DNA of 64,000 bases from Bacillota bacterium (GTDB taxonomy: Bacteria > Bacillota > JAAYKD01): NCBI GenBank assembly GCA_963666425.2, contig OY762825.2, forward strand, positions 224,001 to 288,000, given 5' to 3'. Positions 18,187 to 28,096 of the stretch are shown piece by piece (within the stretch, counting starts at the first letter, position 1; every line of letters starts with the position of its first letter). The notes under the pieces were generated by a model, which was not told the origin of the DNA, made no database searches, and was given only the letters and a program-made list of their open reading frames with translations. The translations under genes and the position numbers were made by a program.

Positions 18187-19865
18187 CGATTCAGCCTTCC
18201 TATTTTCAATATGACGCTTTTCCCATACGCAAGCAGTTGAAAAAGCAGCATCAACAGCAATGTGAGACCGGAAAGCATCAGAGCCAGCACAGCTGGTACT
18301 CCCAAGCTTAAACCTCCGGTCATGGATTGGAATAAGACTTGCACTATCACTTTGTTGCTAGGCATCAATAAAAAGATAATCACGCCGAGAGAAGTCATTG
18401 TTGATGAAAAAATCTTAATAAAAGAATTGATAAAAGCGTCCTTTAACAAAGGCAATGTAATTTTATGGTAGATATATGCTTCGCCAGCCCCCAGATTTCT
18501 GGCTGCATTCTCAATATCTGGATCAATGTGCTGTAAGATTGCGTAGCACGTCTTCATAGAAACATGGATGTTGCGTGCAATGCAGACAAGGTAAAGAATG
18601 GCGGTTGTACCTAAAAGAATCACTGGCTCTAAATCGGGTAATAGATAACGTCCGATGCCAAAGAAGGGATATTTAAAAGTAACAAGACAACCTACACCGA
18701 AGAGGATACCGGGTACGGCGGCAGGCAGCATTGCCATTGTCTCCAATAAGCGACCTCCCTTCAATCGTCTGCGCTCATTCAGATAAGCGGCAATCACACC
18801 CAGTAAGGCAGAACCCAATCCGGTTGTTATGGCTAACAAAATGCTGTTGAGCAGTGGTTTTAAGTATTTCTGCGGCTCACTCTGCAGAACGGTATTTAAG
18901 TGCGCGAAGGTAAAAGAATAATCCGATCCCCAACTCACTGTAAAAGCCCCGACAAAAACAAAAAGAAAATTCAGGATAAAAACTGACATCATGGCAAGGA
19001 TCAGAAGAATTAAACTCTTGGCGACAAGCGGAAGAATGTTTGTATATTCTATACCAATGCTTTGGCTTTGATCTCCCAGATAACTCTGGCGATTGGCATA
19101 CTTGCTTTGCAGATAGAAAACCAAAAAACAAGGAATTAGCAGCACGATACCAGAGATACTGGCGAGCTGCATATTATACTGCCCTGTGATCTGCAGATAC
19201 AAATCGGTTGCCAATGTTCTGAAATTTCCGCCGATCACCATCGGGGTGGTGAAATCTGACATGGAGCCTAAAAAAACCAAGAGACCGGCAGAAGCGATCT
19301 CCGGCTTCATCATGGGCAGTGTAATCCGAAAGAAAACCTGCTTTTCATTGGCACCTAAATTCCTGGCAGCATCTTCAAGGTTGGTATCAACATGGCGAAC
19401 TGCCCCCGATATGATCAGATAAGCAAGGGTGGTAAAACCGATTGTCTGTAAGAAAAAGACACCTTGCCAGCCAAAGGGAGAGACATTTAAACCCAACATA
19501 CGGTAAGTAATTAATCCTCTCCTGCCAAAGAGCATAATGAAAGAAATGCTGCCAACAAAAGCCGGATTGACCAAAGGCAGCAGCATCAGAACTTTCATCG
19601 CACTTCTTCCGCGGAATTTCAAGCGATGCAGTGTGAAGGCGGTGATGATACCAAAAAATAAAGAACTGACAGTAACCGCGAATCCCAATAATACACTATG
19701 CTGCAATAAACCAAAAGCACGCAGCACTTCCGATAGACCAACCATTTGCTCACTGCTGTTTAAACCATATAAAATCACACTCAAAATCGGCAGAAAACAA
19801 AAATAAAAGACAAAGATCAAAAGGAAGGCTGTAAACAAAGGATTGAGAAAATTCCTGCTTTTCAT
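18183..19865 (-). CDS. ABC transporter permease, fused double TM domain (FbpB/AfuB-like)
   Basis: Two EAA loops (LEDAARNLGA, IENAARNLGA). Confidence 0.9.
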   Translation of the reverse strand: MKSRNFLNPLFTAFLLIFVFYFCFLPILSVILYGLNSSEQMVGLSEVLRAFGLLQHSVLLGFAVTVSSLFFGIITAFTLHRLKFRGRSAMKVLMLLPLVNPAFVGSISFIMLFGRRGLITYRMLGLNVSPFGWQGVFFLQTIGFTTLAYLIISGAVRHVDTNLEDAARNLGANEKQVFFRITLPMMKPEIASAGLLVFLGSMSDFTTPMVIGGNFRTLATDLYLQITGQYNMQLASISGIVLLIPCFLVFYLQSKYANRQSYLGDQSQSIGIEYTNILPLVAKSLILLILAMMSVFILNFLFVFVGAFTVSWGSDYSFTFAHLNTVLQSEPQKYLKPLLNSILLAITTGLGSALLGVIAAYLNERRRLKGGRLLETMAMLPAAVPGILFGVGCLVTFKYPFFGIGRYLLPDLEPVILLGTTAILYLVCIARNIHVSMKTCYAILQHIDPDIENAARNLGAGEAYIYHKITLPLLKDAFINSFIKIFSSTMTSLGVIIFLLMPSNKVIVQVLFQSMTGGLSLGVPAVLALMLSGLTLLLMLLFQLLAYGKSVILKIGRLNR

Positions 19866-19924
19866 CGAATCTCCTTCAAAACAGGCAGCTGTTACAATAC
19901 AGCTGCCTGAATGCTTCTATTCAA

Positions 19925-20992
19925 CTATTTAGCGGCTTTTACTGCCCAGAGTTTCAAAATAGCAGTACGCTGTTGGGCATTGGCTTTAAAGTCGGTTGGA
20001 AATAAAGCAATATCCTTCAATGAGAGAATTCCTTCCGGAGCCGGAATGTCTGCTTTTACCACCAACGCTTGTTGGCATTTGCCGATTTGTTCCAATCCTC
20101 TGGTGGATAAAGCCCAGTCTACAAAGACTTTAGCAGCGTCCGGATGCGCACAACCTTCTAGAATCGCCAGAGGCTGTGGCCACCAACCTGTGCCATCTTC
20201 CGGATAGACCAGGATAATATTGGAGTCGTCACCTTCCATTTTAGCCATTCCGGTTCCGGCCGCAATTCCGACCGCGGCCTCTCCGGCTTGGGTCATCGTG
20301 GTAGGATCTGAGCCTCTGGGCGTGAAAAACGGTACCTGATCGATTAATTTCTCTAAATAAGCCCAGCCGTCTTTATCACCTTTGGTTTGTAAAATAGCGG
20401 ATATCGTATTGTAAGCAGTTCCGGAAGAGGCAGGATCCGGCATGGATACCATACCTTTCAATTCCGGTTGCAGCAAATCTTCCCATTTGCTGGGGATTTT
20501 TGCGCCCAATTGCTTAATGACTGCTTTGTTGACCACCCAATTGACCACGGTCAGAGAGGTTCCGGTCCAATACCCCTTAGCATCCTTCATATCATCAGCA
20601 ATCGTCTTTGCTTCCGGAGATACATAAGCTTTCGTTAAGCCCAATTCAGAACCACTAATAAAAGCATCGGCACCACCGGTGAACCAAAGGTCCGCCAAAA
20701 CCTTGCCGCTGTCTTTTTCATTTTGAATCCGCTGCAGCATTTCACCGTTCTTCAGGGTCAGACTTTCTACCTTGATGCCGGTGTCCTGATAAAATGCTTC
20801 CAAAGCTGGAATAATTGCATCCGTTACGGCATACATGTTCAGAACCAAACCCTTCATGGTTTTTGCATCGTAATATTCAGAACTCCAGTCTTTGTTAGCT
20901 TTTGGATCTGGGGTAGGCGAAGTTTGCTGATTACATCCGGCTATGCCCAATACCATAAGCACTACAAGTAATAATGCAGTAAATTTTCTCAT
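19925..20992 (-). CDS. ABC substrate-binding lipoprotein (AfuA/FbpA-like)
   Basis: Lipobox IAGC, ADLWFTGG, MPDPASSGTAY, YPEDGTGW. Confidence 0.88.
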   Translation of the reverse strand: MRKFTALLLVVLMVLGIAGCNQQTSPTPDPKANKDWSSEYYDAKTMKGLVLNMYAVTDAIIPALEAFYQDTGIKVESLTLKNGEMLQRIQNEKDSGKVLADLWFTGGADAFISGSELGLTKAYVSPEAKTIADDMKDAKGYWTGTSLTVVNWVVNKAVIKQLGAKIPSKWEDLLQPELKGMVSMPDPASSGTAYNTISAILQTKGDKDGWAYLEKLIDQVPFFTPRGSDPTTMTQAGEAAVGIAAGTGMAKMEGDDSNIILVYPEDGTGWWPQPLAILEGCAHPDAAKVFVDWALSTRGLEQIGKCQQALVVKADIPAPEGILSLKDIALFPTDFKANAQQRTAILKLWAVKAAK

Positions 20993-21204
20993 TTTTTCTC
21001 CTTTGCTTTCATCCCTGCTTGATCAATGACAAGAATGTTAACATACCATTCTTGAGAAAGCAAACTCGAAAAATTTATACTTTTTTGTGAAACTATAGTA
21101 ATGTCTGATAAGCCCTAACCCACAGTAATTCGAGGATTGACCGCTATCGGATTTTATGGTAAGCTTCGAATATTCAAAGAATATAGCAATAAATAGGTGA
21201 AAAA

Positions 21205-21843
21205 ATGCTGATTGATTTGCACATACATGAGAAAACCTATTCTCATGACAGTAAGCTCTCTCTTGAAGAGATTGTTCTTGCTGCCAAACAAAAAGGGCTC
21301 GACGCAGTCTGTATCACCGACCATGATGATTTAAGTATTGCTCCAAAAGCAAATGCCTATGCGCAGGAAATCGGTTTTCCTATTTTCGTTGGTGTGGAGT
21401 ATTATTCTTTGCAAGGTGATTTGGTTACTTTTGGTGTGGATACGATCCCCAATCATCGCATCGACGCGCAGAGCTATATCAATTTTATTAATCAGAGCGG
21501 CGGCGTATGCTTCAGCGCTCATCCCTTTCGCAATAACCAACGAGGATTGGCAGAGAACCTGCTGACGATCAAAGGGTTGGCAGGCATTGAAGTACTGAAT
21601 GCCAATACGATAGACGAAGAAAACGAGAAAGCGGCCCTATATTGCAGGAAACTACAGATGCAGGCTTTGGGTGCCAGCGATGCTCATTTTGCAGAAAGAG
21701 TCGGACATTTTGCCAGTTGGTTCCCGCAGCAGATTCATTCGACGGACGAATTGGTTGCAGCCTTAAAAGCACGGCTTGGCAAAGCTGTCTTTTGGACCGT
21801 AGAAGGCTATCAGTTTCTAAGCGAAACAAATAAACCGCTTTAA
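21205..21843 (+). CDS. PHP-domain phosphoesterase
   Basis: IDLHIH, ITDHD, AHPFR and GASDAH metal-binding motifs. Confidence 0.9.
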   Translation: MLIDLHIHEKTYSHDSKLSLEEIVLAAKQKGLDAVCITDHDDLSIAPKANAYAQEIGFPIFVGVEYYSLQGDLVTFGVDTIPNHRIDAQSYINFINQSGGVCFSAHPFRNNQRGLAENLLTIKGLAGIEVLNANTIDEENEKAALYCRKLQMQALGASDAHFAERVGHFASWFPQQIHSTDELVAALKARLGKAVFWTVEGYQFLSETNKPL

Positions 21844-21924
21844 AAATCCCCCTCTGCTCAAATGTCAATTGAGCGTAGGGGGATTTCTTGCTATCAAAAC
21901 AGCAATTTGCTATGCTTTTTTTAT

Positions 21925-23373
21925 TTATAGGCTGTTCGGGAAATCCTTCCTGAACTGGTACACTAATTTTTCCTGCCAATCCGAGGTTGCTTGCAGACGG
22001 CCAAAGAAGAATCTAAGGTTCTTGGGTTCCTCAACAAAGCGTAAACCGCCCACCAGGTGGCGGTTTTGATGCAGCCAGGCAATGCGGTCAACCGCATATT
22101 TAATCTGCGACAGGGTAAATACCCGTCTTGGCACAGCGAGTCTCAATAATTCCATGGCAGAAAATGTTTCATTCCCAGCCGAATCACGCTGTTCAGACAT
22201 TGTCCCACGTTCCATACCGCGCACTCCGCCGGCAAGATAAAGCGCCGCCGCTAAAGCGCCTGCAGGATATTCCTGTTGTGGAATATGATCGACAAAAGCC
22301 TTTGCATCCAAATGACAACCCAAACCACCCGCTGGTGTCACAACCGGCACACCCCTTTTCACCAGTTCACCGGTCATAAAAGCGATGAATTGCGGTCCCT
22401 GGCTGATCACGTCTTCCTCCATGGTTTCATCCAAACCCACGGTCAGTGCTTCCATTTCGCGCACAGACATGCCGCCATAGGTCAGGAATCCTTCGTATAA
22501 AGTGACTAGTTCGCGCATTTTCAAATAGAGCTCCCGGTCGTGCATGCAAATACCGCCGCCTTTGGCAAAGCCCAATTTGCGAGCCGAGAAATAGGTAATA
22601 TCACAGAGTGAAGCAATTGCCAACGTGATTTCTCGGATGCTCATCGATTTGCACTGCTCTTCCCTTTCCTTCATGAAATGCAGATTATCGGCGAGCAAGC
22701 TGGCATCGAGCACTAAGAGAAGCTGATGTTTGGCACAAACACGCTTGACATCCCGCAGATTGGCCAAGGAGAATGGCTGACCGCCGATCAGATTTGTTCC
22801 TGCTTCCATGCGGACAAAAGCGATTTTCTCACTGCCGTGCAGTGCAATGCAAGTCTCCAGCTTGTCGATATCCATGTTGCCTTTGAATAATTCCTGGCTG
22901 GTTACCTCAGTACCACGATCGGAGAGCAGTTCTTCAACTGTGCCGCCATTCAGCATAATATGGGCTTTGGTCGTCGTAAAATGATAGTTCATCGGTGTGA
23001 TCATGCCAGGTTTAACAAAGACTTGCGCCAGGATATTTTCACAGGCTCTGCCCTGATGCGCTGGCAAGAAAAACTCTGTCCCGAAAATCTGATGGATTTT
23101 TTCTTCCAAACGCACGTACGTTTCACTGCCGGCATAACTGTCGTCAGCCACCATCATGGCACCCAATTGACGATCACTCATGGCATTAACACCGCTGTCG
23201 GTCAACATATCCAAGAATACATCGCGATTATTCAATAGGAACGTATTGTTGCCGGCTTTTTTGATACAAAGCAGTCGTTCCTCAATGGGCAGCAGCTGCA
23301 GTTTCTGTACGATACGGACCTTATGCATCTCCAAGGGAATTTGTTCTCCGCTGAAAAATTGAATGTTTGACAT
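21925..23373 (-). CDS. PLP beta-eliminating lyase, tyrosine phenol-lyase-like (tryptophanase/TPL family)
   Basis: DMLTDSG, DDSYAGS, HQGRACE, HFTTT, SARK PLP lysine, ERG, LRLAVPRR, LRFF; specificity positions match TPL. Confidence 0.88.
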   Translation of the reverse strand: MSNIQFFSGEQIPLEMHKVRIVQKLQLLPIEERLLCIKKAGNNTFLLNNRDVFLDMLTDSGVNAMSDRQLGAMMVADDSYAGSETYVRLEEKIHQIFGTEFFLPAHQGRACENILAQVFVKPGMITPMNYHFTTTKAHIMLNGGTVEELLSDRGTEVTSQELFKGNMDIDKLETCIALHGSEKIAFVRMEAGTNLIGGQPFSLANLRDVKRVCAKHQLLLVLDASLLADNLHFMKEREEQCKSMSIREITLAIASLCDITYFSARKLGFAKGGGICMHDRELYLKMRELVTLYEGFLTYGGMSVREMEALTVGLDETMEEDVISQGPQFIAFMTGELVKRGVPVVTPAGGLGCHLDAKAFVDHIPQQEYPAGALAAALYLAGGVRGMERGTMSEQRDSAGNETFSAMELLRLAVPRRVFTLSQIKYAVDRIAWLHQNRHLVGGLRFVEEPKNLRFFFGRLQATSDWQEKLVYQFRKDFPNSL

Positions 23374-23470
23374 GAAATTAACCCTCCTTATTTATTTGAT
23401 TGATTTTCTCGTTGATGAAGCTGCAATAATCATAATCGGCTTTCAATTTCATCATCCCTCTCGTCAGAAA

Positions 23471-23765
23471 TTAAAAAAACCGTCCTTTGTGTATAAAACT
23501 ATACACAAAGGACGGATAATTCTTCCGTGTTACCACCTTAATTTTTTGACATTTCGCAATGCCAATCTTATCAAGTATCGGCCCAAAGGCGAATACTCTA
23601 GCACGATAACGGATGCAGATTTCCGGCTTAACCTACTAAGGGCAACACCCTGTTCAGCAAGCAGCTCTGAAGATGTATTCGGAATACCATTCCTTGCCCC
23701 TCTCACCTGCCGGTAGCTCTCTGTAAGGAATTATCGTATTCGTACTAGTTCTTCGTCAAAGCCAT
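23471..23765 (-). promoter_or_regulatory. T-box riboswitch, Tyr (UAC) specifier, with intrinsic terminator
   Basis: Minus strand: GAAGA..AGTA, CAGAGAG, GGTGAGA, specifier loop GAA-TAC-A (TAC at 23675-23677), T-box AAGGTGGTAACACGG (23525-23539), 16-bp terminator stem 23480-23515 plus U-run. Confidence 0.92.
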
Positions 23766-23779
23766 TCACAATTTTTACT

Positions 23780-23809
23780 ATAGTAACATTACCGGGTAGA
23801 GTATGTCAA
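23780..23809 (-). promoter_or_regulatory. sigmaA-type promoter for the T-box leader
   Basis: TTGACA-18-TACTAT with TG extended -10. Confidence 0.7.
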
Positions 23810-23902
23810 GTATTATTTTCTTTCCAATCTGGCTCTTGTGGTTTCATCATACTGGAGGTTTCTCTCTTCTTTATCGTAATGGATGGCAAATGGTGTGCTA
23901 GG

Positions 23903-24553
23903 TTATTCGTTATTCCTATGATCTCCGGTAATAGCGAATTCAACCCATTCAGCAATATTAACCGAATGATCGCCGATGCGTTCGAAATATTTCGCAATCA
24001 TCAGCAAATCGAGCGCTTGTCTTCCCTTTTCCGGAGCAGTCGTGATGATACCAATCAATTCTTTTTTGATGGTATCGAATAAATCATCAACAATATCATC
24101 CATTTCCATGACTTCCAGTGCAAGTGCTAAATCTCTTTTGACAAACGCATCGATGCTTTTATTGACCATTTTTATCGTTTCTGCTGCCATCAGCGGTAAA
24201 TGTTCAATTTTTTTAATATAAGGCTCATCAGCCAGGTAAACGATGATTTCGGAAATATCCCTCGCCTGGTCGCCGATGCGTTCCATATCCGTAATCATTT
24301 TTAAGGCGGCTGAAATAAACCGCAGGTCTTTCGCCACCGGCTGCTGCTGTAATAAGAGCTTCAGACAGAGATTCTCAATATGGCGCTCCTTTTCATTGAT
24401 ATCCACTTCGAAAGCAATTGTTTTGTTTGCTTCCTCAACGTTTTTCTGCAGCAAGGCGTTTGAAGTACTTTGAATCGAATTTTCAATCATTGACCCCATT
24501 TCAATCAGCTCGGTGTTCAATAGGTCCAGTTGCTCGTCAAATTTCGTTCGCAT
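23903..24553 (-). CDS. phoU: Phosphate signalling protein PhoU
   Basis: QQPVAKDLR, DMERIGD, FERIGDHSVNIAE. Confidence 0.96.
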   Translation of the reverse strand: MRTKFDEQLDLLNTELIEMGSMIENSIQSTSNALLQKNVEEANKTIAFEVDINEKERHIENLCLKLLLQQQPVAKDLRFISAALKMITDMERIGDQARDISEIIVYLADEPYIKKIEHLPLMAAETIKMVNKSIDAFVKRDLALALEVMEMDDIVDDLFDTIKKELIGIITTAPEKGRQALDLLMIAKYFERIGDHSVNIAEWVEFAITGDHRNNE

Positions 24554-24642
24554 CAGTAAAAACCCCTCTTCCTAATTTTTTCTTTGCAATGATCAATATT
24601 AACCGGTTATTATTGGTATGACGAAGCTTCCCGGTAGTCTGT

Positions 24643-25404
24643 TTAGCCAAATCTTCCGGTAATATAATCACTTGTCCGCTGATCCTTGGGATTGGCAAAA
24701 ACCTCTTCGGTAAGACCCTCTTCAATCAGATTGCCCATCAGCATAAAGGCGACTCTATCTGCGATACGTGCTGCCTGCTGCACTGTATGGGGTGCGATAA
24801 TAATGGTATACTGCTCCTTCAATTGCCTTAAAGAGTCCTCGATTTTTGAGGTTGAGACCGGATCAAGGGCTGAACAGGGCCGGTCCAGTAAGATAATCTC
24901 CGGTTCCAGCGCCAAGACACGAGCAATACAAAGACGTTGCTGCTGTCCTCCGGATAACCTGGTTGCCGGTGTATGCAGCCGATCTTTCACTTCATCCCAG
25001 AGTGCAGCCATGCGGAGCGCCTGTTCTGCTTTTTCAGCCAAAACCGCATTGCTTTTCAATCCGAGCATACGGGGACCCAGGGCGATATTATCAAAGATGG
25101 ACATCGGAAGTGAAGTTGGTACATCAAAGACCATGCCCACTTTTCGCCGTAATTCGGTGACATTAACCTCGGGAGAGAAAATACTCTTGCCATCGATCAG
25201 GATCTCACCCGTCCTGTGCGCATTGAGGCTCAAATCGCTGAGCCGATTAAGCGTGCGGAGCAGGGTCGTAATGCCGCTGTTCGCCGGTCCGAAAATCGCT
25301 AGAATTTCATTGGCCTGGATCTCCAGACTAAGGTTCTGGATCGCTTGATTCTTTGCATAATAAAAATTCAATTCCTTAATTGCTATTTTAGCCTGTTGAA
25401 TCAT
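24643..25404 (-). CDS. pstB: PstB paralogue with degenerate Walker A/B
   Basis: ELRRKVGMVF, LSGGQQQRLCIAR, TSDYITGRFG; Walker A GPANSGIT, Walker B ILLDR. Confidence 0.9.
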   Translation of the reverse strand: MIQQAKIAIKELNFYYAKNQAIQNLSLEIQANEILAIFGPANSGITTLLRTLNRLSDLSLNAHRTGEILIDGKSIFSPEVNVTELRRKVGMVFDVPTSLPMSIFDNIALGPRMLGLKSNAVLAEKAEQALRMAALWDEVKDRLHTPATRLSGGQQQRLCIARVLALEPEIILLDRPCSALDPVSTSKIEDSLRQLKEQYTIIIAPHTVQQAARIADRVAFMLMGNLIEEGLTEEVFANPKDQRTSDYITGRFG

Positions 25405-25414
25405 TTTTCACCTC

Positions 25415-26251
25415 TTAACGACCTTTCGATACGAAACGATCGACCAGCATATTGAAGACAACATTGATCAGAAAGATCAGAATCATTAACAGCGCTGCGG
25501 TAGCGTAGGCATTCTCCATGGATAAACCTTCTCGTGCCAGGATGTAGAAATGCACCGCCATGGTTCGGGTCGGTGAAAAGAGCGAAGTTGGCATGCGTAA
25601 GGCAGATCCGGCTGTTAAGATAACAGCGGCTGTTTCGGATACACAGCGACCAATGCTGAGGATGATGCCATTGGCAATTCCCGGTAAAGCAGATGGAATG
25701 ACCGTTTTGGTGATGGTCTGCCATTTGGAGGCTCCCAAAGAAAAACCAACTTCCCGATAGAGATTTGGAACTGTCCGGATTGCTTCTTCCGAGGTGCGAA
25801 TGATGGTTGGCAAAATCATGATTGCCATGGTTAACCCTCCTGAGAGAATCGACCATCCCATATGAAGGTAAGTTACAAAAAAGATAAAACCAAAAAGTCC
25901 AAAAACAATTGAAGGAATTCCGGCCAGCGATTCAGCGCTGAACCGGATCACACGTGTAATTTTACTCTCGCGCGTATACTCGGTAAGATAAATTGCCGTG
26001 CCGATGCCAAAGGGTGTAGCGATCAGGACAGCGACAGCGGTTACCAACAACGTACCAACAATAGATGAAGAAATACCGCCGGAGCGTCCCATATTGCGCG
26101 GAATTTCCGTTAAGAATTGCCAGCTGAGAGCCGGTAAGCCCTTCAGAAGAATATCTCCGATGATCGCAAGAAGAATCACGATGACTAGAAGGGCGGCTGA
26201 CCAGATAACAAATTTTGCTATTTTTTGACTGGTTCGCGGATTAATCTTCAT
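25415..26251 (-). CDS. pstA: Phosphate ABC permease PstA
   Basis: LAGIPSIVFGLFG, LPTIIRTSEEA, GRCVSETA. Confidence 0.94.
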   Translation of the reverse strand: MKINPRTSQKIAKFVIWSAALLVIVILLAIIGDILLKGLPALSWQFLTEIPRNMGRSGGISSSIVGTLLVTAVAVLIATPFGIGTAIYLTEYTRESKITRVIRFSAESLAGIPSIVFGLFGFIFFVTYLHMGWSILSGGLTMAIMILPTIIRTSEEAIRTVPNLYREVGFSLGASKWQTITKTVIPSALPGIANGIILSIGRCVSETAAVILTAGSALRMPTSLFSPTRTMAVHFYILAREGLSMENAYATAALLMILIFLINVVFNMLVDRFVSKGR

Positions 26252-26257
26252 AATGTC

Positions 26258-27103
26258 TCATTTCTTTCTTGTAATATATTGTGCACTGGCATTCAGAATC
26301 ATGATGATGACAAAAAGCACAATACCGGTAGCGAAAAGGGCTTGTTGATGCTCGCCAGCCGCATAACCCATCTCAATGCCAATATTGGTAGTCAGGGTTC
26401 GAGCTGGGTCCAGAATCGATTGAGGAATAGCGACGGCATTACCCAACACCATAATCACAGCCATCGTTTCACCAATGGCGCGGCCGAGTCCAAGAATCAC
26501 AGCGGCAACAATACCGGATTTGGCTGCCGGCAGCAACAGATAATAGATAGTTTGCCAATGCGTTAAACCCAAGGCAAAAGCACCCTCGCGATATTGCCGC
26601 GGTAAGGCAAGCAAGGATACTTCAGAGATGCTGATGATGGTTGGCAAGATCATAATCGCCAGGATAATCGATCCGGCCAAGATACTCAAGCCCGGACCTC
26701 CTAAATAATTACGGATCATCGGTACTATGAAAAGTACACCCCAAAAGCCAAAGACGACCGAAGGGATCCCAGCCAGCAATTGAATCGCCGGTCTGAATAG
26801 TTTTCTAACCGTTGCGGGAGCAAACTCCGTTAAAAAAATACTGCAGCAAATAGCTACCGGAACACCTAAGACTGCGGCTCCCAGGGTTACGGAAACGGAA
26901 CCAACAATCATAGGAAAAATGCCGTAAGCTCCCTGGCTGGGAGCCCATTTCATACCGAAAACGAAATCGATCACGCCAACCTTGGCGATAATCGGTAACC
27001 CATGCATAAAGATAAAGACAGTAATCAATGCCAAAGCCGAGAGAGCCGAAAGGGCAATCACCAGGAAAATGTGTTCCGATAGGTTTTCTTTGAATTTTTT
27101 CAT
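26258..27103 (-). CDS. pstC: Phosphate ABC permease PstC
   Basis: LLAGIPSVVFG, GRAIGETMAV; ATG at 27103 overlaps the pstS stop (ATGA). Confidence 0.94.
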   Translation of the reverse strand: MKKFKENLSEHIFLVIALSALSALALITVFIFMHGLPIIAKVGVIDFVFGMKWAPSQGAYGIFPMIVGSVSVTLGAAVLGVPVAICCSIFLTEFAPATVRKLFRPAIQLLAGIPSVVFGFWGVLFIVPMIRNYLGGPGLSILAGSIILAIMILPTIISISEVSLLALPRQYREGAFALGLTHWQTIYYLLLPAAKSGIVAAVILGLGRAIGETMAVIMVLGNAVAIPQSILDPARTLTTNIGIEMGYAAGEHQQALFATGIVLFVIIMILNASAQYITRKK

Positions 27104-27975
27104 TTTATCGTCCCTTCTGCCGGGGGAATCAATCCCTCGTTGCTCAGGATGGTCTGCCCTTGCGCCGAGAGCGTGAAATCGATGAATTGTTTGGCAATTC
27201 CGTTTGGCTGACTGCTGCAAATGAATAAGAATGGTCTGGTCAGATTATAACTGCCATTGAGAACGTTATCTCTGGTTGCTGCAATTCCTTCTAATTGAAG
27301 CGCTTTAACTGCTGGATTGACTAATCCTAAGGAAATATAACCTATCGCATTGGGATCGTCTTTCACTAGTTGCAGTACCGCTCCATTGGAATCCTGGACG
27401 ATCGCTCTGGAAGTAATTTCGGTTTTTCCCATCACCAATTCAGTAAAGGCGCTTCTTGTTCCGGAACCTTCCTCCCGCGTGATAACATTAATCTTAGCGG
27501 CAGCACCACCCAATTGACTCCAGTCGCTGCTGCTGGCAGAATAGATATCACGCAGTTGATTCAAAGTCAGATTCGCTACCGGATTCGCCGGGTTGACGAT
27601 AACAGCCAATCCATCGCGTGCGATTTCCACAAACCAGAGGGTTTTTTCTTCCGCTTTTAAAGCACGGGAAGACATGCCGATATCAGCGGTACCGGATTGC
27701 GCAGCGTTAATACCGGCGGAGGAACCTCCGCCTTGGATATCAATTTCAGCGCCGGAATAGAGGATCATATATTCTTCGGCTAATATCTCGGCGTACGGCT
27801 GCACTGAAGTGGAACCGGCTAAAATGATCCCGTTCGTATCCGTCTTATTGCAAGCAGTCGTCAGACACAGGGCTAGCAGTATAAGAATGATTGCGAGCAT
27901 GCTGGATATTTTCTTACGAAGTTTTAAGTTTACTATCTTCGATCTCATCGTTTGCATACAACCATCAAACAGCAA
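27100..27975 (-). CDS. pstS: Phosphate-binding lipoprotein PstS
   Basis: Lipobox TTAC, AGSTSVQP, GGGSSAG, REEGSGTR, AIGYIS; exact start uncertain. Confidence 0.93.
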   Translation of the reverse strand: MLFDGCMQTMRSKIVNLKLRKKISSMLAIILILLALCLTTACNKTDTNGIILAGSTSVQPYAEILAEEYMILYSGAEIDIQGGGSSAGINAAQSGTADIGMSSRALKAEEKTLWFVEIARDGLAVIVNPANPVANLTLNQLRDIYSASSSDWSQLGGAAAKINVITREEGSGTRSAFTELVMGKTEITSRAIVQDSNGAVLQLVKDDPNAIGYISLGLVNPAVKALQLEGIAATRDNVLNGSYNLTRPFLFICSSQPNGIAKQFIDFTLSAQGQTILSNEGLIPPAEGTIK

Positions 27976-28096
27976 GTTTTCTGTGTCAAGTCTGTTTGAT
28001 TTACTCCTTTTCCTTAAGAATCTATAAAAATTCCCGCAAAGGGAGCAGAAATTCCAAAAATAGAACTTCTTACTCCGATGAGCTGGTTATCAAATT

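Noticed and set aside
23686-23692. GAA-TGG (Trp) as alternative T-box specifier
   Set aside because: It lies in the paired part of stem I (AAGGAAT pairs with ATTCCTT, GTATTC with GAATAC); the loop codon is TAC and the UGGU bulge fits A73, not the G73 of tRNA-Trp
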